Source of the DNA: the human T2T-CHM13v2.0 reference genome, Homo sapiens
NCBI RefSeq assembly: GCF_009914755.1
Contig: NC_060939.1
Length of the DNA stretch: 64,000 bases
Reading direction: 5' to 3' (one strand)
The translations under genes were made by a program, and so were the position numbers. The notes under the pieces are model-generated. The model saw nothing but the letters and a program-made list of their open reading frames with translations, did not search any database and was not told the origin of the DNA. Of the stretch, positions 53,701-64,000 are shown in pieces (within the stretch, counting starts at the first letter, position 1; every line of letters begins with the position of its first letter).

Positions 53701-56700
53701 TTAATCCCTGTAATTCGAAGTTGATATATGCAGTAGTATTAAGTAAATGAAAGAAGAGTGACATTATAATAGCATAAACTAGTAATAATTGTATATTAGC
53801 ATATAGTCCCAAATTGCTTCCCCATCAAAGATAAAACTAAAATAGTATGTATCAGAAGCTTAGTTAAAAATCTAACCAGGGTAGATCTTTATGTACTGAT
53901 ACTGAAAGATGTCTGCCAAATATTTTTGACTTGACAAAGCAACTTGCAGAATAGCTCTATAGTATCTCATTTCTATGTAAAAACAATATATACATGCACA
54001 CACCAATGTGTACACATATGTTTTACTTCATATCTAGAAAGGGGCACATCAACAGCATCATAATAATAGAGCCTAACACAAGGGCTGTGTTTTGAAGGGT
54101 GAGAGAGGTTTCTTTATTATCCATAAATGTCAGGTTCCTCTCTGTACTGTCAAGCATTCACTTCCTAAAATTCAGCCTTAATCCATTAGTGATACATGAA
54201 AACTGATACTGCTATACAGTATTTTGGAAAGTCTTAAATTACAACATAAACCATACCTGAAAACTCAAGTTACTCTATATATTACTGGCATAATATCCAG
54301 GAAAAGAAAATGCTTTCAAATTTTGCCCCTTCAAATACATCAAGACATGCCATCTACTTTAACTGATTGAATACCCATAACCACATAAAAATTGCATGGG
54401 AAGTACAATGTAAATGCTATTTTCCTTATCTACCTTCTTGTCTCTGAGGGCTGTTTACCATTGGGATCCAACTTATTCTGGGAACTGTGTTACCTCCCTT
54501 AAAATACATATTTCCATTAGTGATGGAGAGTCCTATATTGGTTTACCTCTTCTTTGTCCTCTTTCCTAAAGCTAGTCATTTTCCTTATCTATAAGCTTCT
54601 CCTTTGCCACTGCCTTGTCCATTTGAAGATTCTAAAGTAGAAAATACCAGTTAGGAAAAAAAGCGAAAGAATTCTTCATAAATGTAATGATAAATTAATA
54701 TGTATCCAGTGCTAAAATTATTTCATCCTATTTTTACCTTAGAACTATTTAGCCTAAATAATAGAACTGAAAACTGATACAGATATTGACTTAAGAATTC
54801 CTTGGTTTATGAAGATTTATGACATAAGGCATAATGACTGCCTAGTCTCCATTCCAGCAGCAAATTAATTAATTAGTCAGTTAATTAATGTTGTAATAAC
54901 TGTTTGTTGAGAATACTTTTATTAAGGAAGTTAAACCATCACCCACAGTACACAGACACGCTATGAGGATTTTTTTTTCTGAAATGTCTCTCCTTCTGTC
55001 CTTGAAAAGATGGTAAAGCTTAATTCTCACCTAAAACGTTAAAGTCCCTAGTTGTTTTGAAGTCCAAAGCACCATGGTTTCTAAAACAGATGGGAGCTGG
55101 CTTGAGACATGTTCCTCATCAAACTTTCTTTGGGGCAACCAAATACAATGCTAAGAACCTGGCCACAATAAAAGCAGCTACTGAAGGAGAGCCTGAATCT
55201 GGTCTTTTCTAACTCCTCACACACCTAGGGCTAGTCTCAGAATAATCCCAGATATTGTTTGCTTAAGTTAAAAACTGAAACGTGCGTGTATGTATCTGTG
55301 TGTGTGCGTGTGTGTGTAGAAAGAGAAAGAAAATAACACACTTTTCAACAACTTACCATTTCCATGATCTAACCTAGAGTACCCTGTCACAAAAAAAAAT
55401 GAAAGAAAATACATTTTCATAGAATCACAATATCATCTAATTTAATTTTACATATGCAAACAAAATGTACAAAAGACTATTTTATCCATGAAAAATGTGT
55501 ACAGTAACATACATACTTTTTATACACTGAGCCCTCAGTTAGAAAATCCAAATCAAGTTTAAGTTTAGTGTTTAATTGTAAATGCCAAGCTAATATTGTT
55601 ATCTATTGTAATTACTTCAGGAATAAATTTCTATTGTGATTTGATGAAAACAGTGTATCCATCAGCCTTGAAATCAAGTGATCCTTGAGTAAATTTAAAT
55701 ATTTGAGAGGGTATCCATATTTTAGATAAGCACAAACAAACGCAAACCAAAAACACAAACTACACCTCCCATATACGACCGGAAATGTGAAATAAGATTT
55801 ATTTTACTGCATCTGTGCTTGCAATTAGGAAAGTCTCTGCTTTAGTCTATCTTTTCTTGGTGGTACATAGTTTTTCTTAAGATGTTTAAGGAAAAAAATC
55901 GAGACATTGAAGAGCTCGTTCATATTTCCCCATGGGAATTTTATCTTCATTGACAGAAACCAGTAACTATTTTTTAAAGGATTTTTTAAGCCGATTAACT
56001 AAATAAAAAATATTTACAAAGAGCTGTGCTCATACTGCACCAAATATATGTCAACATTTGTAACAAATAATTTAATTTTATAGGGAGCCATAAGCATATA
56101 GGTGTATACTAGTTATGAGAAGTATGTATCTTGCAAAGATATGAAAAATCTGGAAACCATTGGTGGAATAATAGGAACAAAAAGAATCCCAACAACGTGT
56201 AAATCGAACAGCAAGGTGTAAATGAAAGTGCCAACCATTCATTTTCAGATTCTCTGAGACCTAGGTTGCTGAAGATCGTTGTTGGCAGTAAAACTGTCTC
56301 CTTCCAACGGGTCGGGTGGAGAGCAGCATGATTGGCAGGGCAAATAGAAGACAAAGGAGAAAGCCTTCAATCTGCAGCTGATGCACAGGAAGAACATGGG
56401 GAGCTGAGCTTACAATAGAGACAACATTACCAAGCTAATGGCACGGGCAATCATGGGGCCACTACGCATCTTGGGTATCAGCAGGGCATCCATTTTCAGC
56501 TAAGTGTTAGAGTACCTTTTTGCTTTCTCTCACCACTGCAGGGGTAAAACAACTTAGTGCGTGAAACCCACTGACTGGTAATAAATTACTATATTGGATA
56601 CTTTTTGTTTTCTTTCAGCAATGACTTTACTGTGTATTCTTGCTATCACTACCAATTAAAGTGGAGCCTGCTTTAGCGAACTGTATCTAACTATATATCA

Positions 56701-57449
56701 GCCCTGATGCTCCAATTGCTTTGGCAAGTATCACAGGGTCAAGAGGCTCCTTTGACCTTTATCATCTAAGTCTTTCTGACCACTCACTATTTGAAGCAAT
56801 CTCAGCTGAACAGATGGACACTTTCTGTGACATTATAAAGCTTAGAATATAAAGATAAACGAAATTGTGTTTCAGGCTTCAAGCTGGTTTATGCCTGTAA
56901 AATATTATTAGTGTGTTTACAAAATCTCCAGATTTAAAGCGTATAATCTGACTCTGGCTAATGGACAAACTGCTCATTTCTTTTTTAATTATAGGTTTTG
57001 TGTTTTAAGTGTGAAGAATAGCAGAATTTTGTAAAGCAGTTCTCAGGGTTATCCAGTTACATTTTTAATGCATATATCAATAAACCGTTATAAAATGAAG
57101 GGTGTCATTTACTGTGCAATGAACCTTTTGCATGTTGGTTTTTAAAATGATGTACTAAGAAAGATATGCTAAACACAGAAAAACTAAAACTGTAAATGTT
57201 CGATGAAGTAAAAATTAAGATTTTTATTTGCCTTAAGCATGATTTTTCTCTTAAACTATATCATTTTAACTGCTAGGAGATTCTAGTATTTTTGCATATC
57301 TAAATATAAAAGGAAAATGATTAAGCATCAGCTTTATATTCTTTAACCCATTTGTGTTAGTATGTCATACATGGTTATTTGAATATTTTGAAATTGCTAG
57401 ATTAACCTTAAGTAGGACATATATATTTTTTGCTAGTCTCCTTTAAATA

Positions 57450-57580
57450 AAGTGATCATATAATTTATTGTTCAAACCAGGCTACTTTTTAGAGTGAAAT
57501 GGTGCATTATTAACAATTACCTTTAAACAAGAGGCATGAGCCAAAACTGTCCCAGGGAACCTGGATGTATGATGACCCTA
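57450..57580. mobile_element. hAT-Blackjack MITE (MER94-like)
   Basis: gtgatcatataatttattgttcaaaccagg...tttagagtgaaa...actgtcccagggaacctggatgtatgatgaccct. Confidence 0.7.
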
Positions 57581-59254
57581 TCTTACAGGAATAAGGTGAT
57601 GATGTGGCTTCTTAAAAAGCATCGATGTTTCTGTAACACTTAAAATGTGACTATTGTTCTGTAAATCATAACCATATCTCTGTATGTCTATTTTTTAATG
57701 ACTGCAAAGAAATTAATTTTGCAGTCATTTTCTTTTACACTCTCAGATAGTTTATTTCTACTTCTCAAAAAACTTCTGATGTATACAACAAAGGAAAAAC
57801 AACCAAAGTCCTAATTATAAAAATATTGCTGGATTGTTTGAAATTTTTATTTTTATATCTCGTGCTTATAAAACCCCCGTAACTCATATTCTCTTATCAT
57901 ATTTCCCAAATAATCTCTCAGCAATCAACTAAATTTCTGTGGTGCAGATTCAGTTGCAGGTAAGTGAGAAATAATACAAATAATGGATTTAGAGGTAAAC
58001 AAACTGCTCATCATTTTTGAAAAACGTTGTAAGACCAAGGTAAAGGAGGGAGTGAGGGATAGAAAAAGAAAAGAAATAAGGTAAACAAAATTACCAAAGG
58101 CCAGTAGACTGTTTCAGGTCACCTTGTATTGAGGACTGGTTAACAAACAAGAGACAAAAGCTAGGGACCAATGTATTCTCCCCAACAAAAAGAACCACAA
58201 CCACAAGTGTGTCTCCAGCTTCTGGAAAGGGATTGAAACCAAGTGCCAGCTTTAAACTTTCATGGTTTTATAAATAATTCTGAGAAATAAATGTACAACA
58301 AAATATCCTCTCTAGGAACTGAAATACTGAAATGATAGAAAACGTCAAATAAAAGCTCTGGGACAGTTAAAAAAAAATGGCAAGGAAAGTAAGGTATGGC
58401 CAAATAGGTGTAATAAAAAGGAAGTCTCATAACCAAAAATAAAAAAGGGAATAATTAAGGGTCTTTGTTGATAAATTACTGAAGTCAAAATATTCCCCCA
58501 AATTGTAGGGTATTGCCTGTACTAGAGACAATATACAAAGGATTATCCTTTCTTGGTACAATGCAAAGGTAAGGACACTATTAGTCCTATGGCAGAGACT
58601 CCAGTAGAAAGCTTAGTAAGTCTGACCAGATCTCAAGAATAAAATGTGAAAAATCAGAATTATTTTTGTGCACAAACAGATTAGAAAATCATATAACTCC
58701 ATGTGAAAAATGGAAAAGATGTGTTCAATTGTTATGAAATCACAATAGTACAGAACATGAAATACTAACTCAGACACCAAATTCTGAATTATAGAAGAAA
58801 CTAAAGGTATTTATATCCATTCATAAATTTTTAAAAAGTAAGATAAGCAAAGGACATTTGAAAGAGATTCATTACTTAAAAATAGCCTTTCCTATATTAT
58901 TTTTGCCTTTAATAAACAATACTAATACTGTTTACAAAGAATTCAATAATAAAGATAATCAAAAGAAAATTAGATCATCCATAATTATAACACCTAAGGA
59001 GATCCTTAACTTCCTGAAGCAGGAATCTAAAGAGAAACCACACTTTTCCACAAAATTTCATATAATTTTATATAGAGCCCTACAAATTATCTGTGCAATC
59101 ATTAGTATTTTTTTCCTCTCTCATGCTCCCTCTCCTCAGTCATCGGTATTTTTACCAAATGCTTACAGTTCTCCACCTTTTCCCAGCATACGGCTTCTGC
59201 TTCATTAGCTCTGTCTCTGTGTAACAATCAAGAGCAGAGACCCCTTCTGACCCC

Positions 59255-59360
59255 AGGTTGGTACATTGAGTGAATAAGAAATAATAAACTTGAGTTGTTT
59301 TAGCCAATGAGATTTGGGACATTGTTTGTTACTAGAACATAATATAGCCTATTCTGATCT
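59255..59360 (+). mobile_element. MLT1-family LTR 3' fragment
   Basis: aataaacttgagttgttttagccaatgagatttggg...tgtttgttac...tagcctattctga resembles an MLT1 LTR end. Confidence 0.55.
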
Positions 59361-60684
59361 AGATGTTTTCCAAATTGATATCAATATATACATGGACAGA
59401 CAGGTGGAAACAAGAGAGGCCTGGTGACTGATTCAATGTCATATAGCCACTCATTTAATCAATGCAACTACTGAAATGCCAAAGTTGAAATTAAAACCCA
59501 GATTGACTACTCCTAGTCCAGTGCTCCTTCCACTACATGAAATGTGATTTCTCATGCTTACGTGCATTATACTTTCTCTGGAAACTACTAGAAGACACAG
59601 AAACAAATTCCCCCTAACTTCCCCACCTCTGACAGATGGCACGTCTGTTTGAATAGACACGTCATGATCCAATTTTGGTCTATTCTGCATCCTATAAAAA
59701 TTCAATGTCACTAGTAGAATAAAAGTTCTCAATATCAAATCCAAAAAATTCATTAATAAGCCAAATTTTACGTAGCAGGAAAGATACTTGTCTCATGTGT
59801 TCTTTAAATAGCAATTATTTCCTTCCATTTGTTTTCACCTCTTTCTCTATATGTTTTTGTCAATTAAGATAACAAGTATGTGTTACTAAATTACTCTGTA
59901 CTCACCCTCTGGAGATGAAAACTAATTAAAAGAGATGTGGTATGTACATGTAATTTTACTTACTCCAAACACCTTTGCTTCCCAAACTATGACACTGAAA
60001 TCAGCAGTATCAAGTTGATGCTTTCTAAACATCATACTAACAAGCTTATAATTGGCCAAGAGGTCAGGAAAGGTATAGGTCTGAAGGAAAAACAACTTAG
60101 CCAGAACTGGCTCACCATTAAGTAGACCAAAGGACAAATTTTTTTTAAAATAGTGTTTCTCCTCTTTTGAGTGATTTGTATGTGTATTCACATAACGAAT
60201 AACCAACCACAAACACTTATTTTGGGTATATATTTGTGTGGCCACCAGATATTTCAGTCAATTCAATTCAACACATACTTATTAAATTGAAATCAATACC
60301 CAGAGAGTATGCTCACTAAAAAAAAAGTATATAAAATTTATGAAATGTCTCAGAACATGAGTTCTTTCAAACAACCATACCACAATAACTTCTCACATGT
60401 CTAGCAACTGATTGACAAGATCAAGCTTGTAGACTACCTTAAAAAAGTAAGAAGCAGAAGAAACAAGACAAAAATCTCTGAAAACCCAAAAGAGAGCTTA
60501 CAAACCAGGGCTCCCAAATTGAGCAAAACCAGTTATAATTTTCAGCAAATAGGGAGCTTTACAAGAAAATCTTTTAATGACAATAATAAAATATAGTTCT
60601 TTCCAGTGGAAAGCTACCACACTCCTCTTCTTGTGGCCTATTATAGTCAATTATAACACAATCTAATCACAGCACTGCCAATTG

Positions 60685-60909
60685 CAGAGGTCAAGAAACA
60701 ATGACCTGTAGGCCAAATCCTGCCTACCACTTCTCTTTGCAAAGAAACTATTACTGGAACACAGAAACACTCATTTACTGATGCGTTGGCTATGGTTGGT
60801 TTTGCATTACCAACGCAGAGTTGAGTAGGTGTACCAGAGACTGTATGGCCCACAAAACCAAAAAATATTTGATAACTGATCCTTTAGAGAAAAACATTGC
60901 CAACCCCTG
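60685..60909 (+). mobile_element. MER58A-like hAT-Charlie MITE
   Basis: cagaggtca...ggccaaatcc...ggaacacag...gcagagttgagtag...tatggcccacaaa...tgccaacccctg. Confidence 0.85.
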
Positions 60910-61129
60910 GCTTATTCTAAATTAATGGGAATTTTAATTGTATGCAAAATATTTTTTCTGGGCAAAAATGCAATATAAATATAAAGAAAGCAATTTTATG
61001 TGTTAAATCCCCTTAATTCAGTTGTTACACTTTAAAAGAGGACCCTATCTTAAGTCTGTATTGGTTGTTTTTGTTACTCATGAGATTTTCCACCACAAAT
61101 ATAAATTGCTCCCAAAAGTCCAAGTCCAA

Positions 61130-62005
61130 GAATTCTTACAACTCTATAGCAAAAAACCCTAATAATAAAAAAACCAAGCCAAGGGTTTGAATAGACATTT
61201 CTCCAAAAAAGATATACAAATGGTCAAGAAATATATGCAAAATGCTCAATATCATTAATTATCAAAGAAATGCAAATCAAAACCACAATGAGATACCACC
61301 CAATACCTTTCAGGATGGCTATTATTAAATGAAAACAAAAACAAAACAAACAAAAGTCAGGTGTTTGTGAGGATGTAGAGAAATTGGAATCCTAGCACAC
61401 TGTGGGTAGAAATGCAATGGTGTAGCTGCTATGAAAAACAGCATGGAGGTTCCTCAAAAAATTAAAAATAGAACTACCATATGGTCCAGCAATCGACTTC
61501 TGGGTATTTATCCAAAAGAATTAAAATCAGGATCCTGAAGAAGTATTAGCATGTCTATGTTTATTGCAGCATCACAATAACCAAGATGTGGAAATAATCT
61601 AAAAGTTCATTAGCAGATGAATGGATAGAGAAATTTTGATATATACATACAATGGAATAACATTTAGCCTTTCAAGAAAGGAAATTCTGCAATATGTGAT
61701 AACATGATGAACCTTGCAGACATATGCTAAGTGAAATAAGCAGTCACAGAAAGACAAATATTGCCTGATTACACCAATATGCAATATCTGAAATAGTCAA
61801 ATTCATAGAATCGAAGAGTGGAATTGTGCTTGCTAGGGGCTTAAGTTATTAATCAATGGGCATAAAGTTTCAGCCCAGTAAAATTAGTAAGCTATAGAGA
61901 TCTGCTGTACAACACTGTACCTAGAGTCAGCAATAACGTACTATACACTTAAAAATTTGTTAAGAGGGCAGATGTCATGTTAAGTGTTCTTACCAAAATA
62001 AAATA
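61130..62005 (+). mobile_element. L1MB-like (L1MA10/L1MB1-2) 3' fragment
   Basis: ORF2 end and 3'UTR tagagatctgctgtacaac...catgttaagtgttcttacc. Confidence 0.85.
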
Positions 62006-62489
62006 AGAAGTTGAAGTCCAGGTTCAAAGACTTCCTCTTATTTTCTTCAGGGGTACAAGTCATAGTTAACCTTCCACTGTGTCTCACTTTATATTCCATC
62101 TCCAGTCATATCAACTTCTCATTAACCTCCTACTTCTTCCCCATCTTCATATTCTGGGCTTTTGGACCTGCTGTTCCTTATGGCAAAATCTTATTCATCC
62201 ATCAAGATTTAGTCCTAATATGACTTCCTGCATACCACAGACAGGGTTAGCCTCACCATCTAAAGCGGTTCCTCCCACTGGCACTTTGGGATATAGGTCA
62301 ACTAGAGCACATATGTCACACCATGGTTTTTGCCAACTTGATGTTAAAACAAACAACAAAACAAAACAAAACAAACACCAGCTAACAATTTCTTTCTCTT
62401 GCTTCAACTAAGCAATGGACTCCTCTTCCAGACACACTCTCTCCTCTAATTCAGTTTTTTTTTTTTTTTTTTTTTTTTTTACATAGCAA

Positions 62490-63066
62490 ACAAAACGACC
62501 TTTTCAAAACATAAATCAAATCATGTTACTCCTTTTGAGTAAAATCGTGAAAAGACTCCCTTTAATACTTGGAAGTCAAGCTTCTTACTTTGGATTATTA
62601 CACCCAACATATTCTGTCCGTCCCTCACTTTTCAATATTGACTCTTAATGCTCCCTCCCCCATACTCCTCTTGAGTCACACTGGACTTTTTGACTTCATT
62701 GTCTACATCAACCTCATTCCTACTTTAGGCCTTCTGTTGTAGCTGTTTGCTTTCCTTAGAATATTCTCCCCTCTGAAAGGCGGGAGAATCTCTGGTTCTT
62801 TCTTGCAATTCAAACAGTATAAATCCTACCTCCTTCTCTGATGTTCTCTGACCACCCAGGCTATCGTAAACCCCTAAGACTGTCTATCAAACTGCCCAAC
62901 ATTAATTCCCTGCAGAGCCTTTATCATTATCTGACAGTCTTGTTTTGTTTTGTTTACGATGTATCCACTCTCACTAGAAATGTAAGTGCCATGGGCACCA
63001 TGATCTTGTATCAAGAAGAGTGCCTGGTACATAGTAGATGTTCAATGAATACTTGCTGAATGAATA
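62490..63066 (+). mobile_element. L2 LINE 3' remnant
   Basis: Ends gtgcctggtacatagtagatgttcaatgaatacttgctgaatgaat, the typical L2 3' terminus. Confidence 0.8.
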
Positions 63067-63193
63067 AAGTATTCTGTTTTGCATTCCATGCTACAAAACT
63101 TACATAACATGCAGACACAGTAATTCTTTGTTTTCAAGGAGCTTTAGGCCTAACTGAGAAAATAAGACAAATAAATAGTGGTAAAATAATTAG

Positions 63194-63516
<323 letters not shown>

Positions 63517-63540
63517 CATAGTTAATTTATAAATTGTTTA

Positions 63541-63600
63541 ATCACTTCTCGGCCTTCTGGCTAAGATCAAATGTAGCATCTGTTTTTATCAGTTTAATAT
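63541..63600 (+). pseudogene. U2 snRNA retro-pseudogene, nt 1-60 only, with TSD
   Basis: atcacttctcggccttctggctaagatcaaatgtagcatctgtttttatcagtttaatat matches U2 nt 1-60 with 5 substitutions. Flanked by aaattgttta at 63531-63540 and 63601-63610; no Sm site, no poly(A). Confidence 0.95.
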
Positions 63601-64000
63601 AAATTGTTTAACTAGCATGTTCATGGTAAATTGTACATGCACATACTGTAGTCTAGGTAGGATATGACTAGGTAAAGAGAACATCTCTGGTACATGAGAT
63701 TGGGCAGGAAGAAATGTGGAGAATAGAGTCACCAGAACCACCCATGTGGAAGAGCACTAGTGTACGAGAAATTATGGAAGAGCCTTGTCATGGGAATCTA
63801 AATGGGGTCTTCAGAGAAAAGGAAGAAGAACAAATCCTATGAAGCTCAGTTTCTCCTGGGGCTGCTAATCCAGTATGCCACCCTACCTTCCCACAATGAG
63901 CTACCTAAAAGCATTTAATGTCATACATGTTGAAACGTAATCAGCCCTCTCTTCTCCTCTGATGAGAGGGTGAGTTAAGCAATTTTCAAATGATGTACAA

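Noticed and set aside
57957-57965. Perfect CAG|GTAAGT donor on the + strand
   Set aside because: Antisense to WDR72, with no supporting exon chain. One perfect 9-mer in 128 kb of both strands is within chance.

Overview
AT-rich primate (almost certainly human) genomic DNA lying entirely inside the WDR72 gene, which is on the minus strand. Four coding exons are present: 27781-26964 (818 nt), 25295-25204 (92 nt), 21132-21053 (80 nt) and 8815-8620 (196 nt). By my recollection of the reference transcript these are exons 15-18. They splice with GT-AG boundaries into one open frame ([11 protein letters not shown]...RNTLPLQ). The rest is intron, rich in repeats: L1PA/PB/MA/MB/ME, Alu, MIR, L2, DNA-transposon fossils, a solo HERV-W LTR17 and a full MSTA provirus, plus a 5' U2 snRNA retrocopy. 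The most notable unexplained signal is a possible hidden splicing layer. It comprises three intronic candidate microexons whose lengths are all multiples of 3 (6 nt, 27 nt with an in-frame TAG, and 3 nt), and two consecutive exons that start with GT and regenerate 5' splice sites after ligation (recursive-splicing configuration). Other points: a templated-insertion repair scar flanking exon 16, a sense-oriented HERV-W LTR with both TATA and poly(A) signals mutated, and a palindromic AT-only tandem array. Repeat subfamily names and exon numbers are from memory and were not checked against databases.
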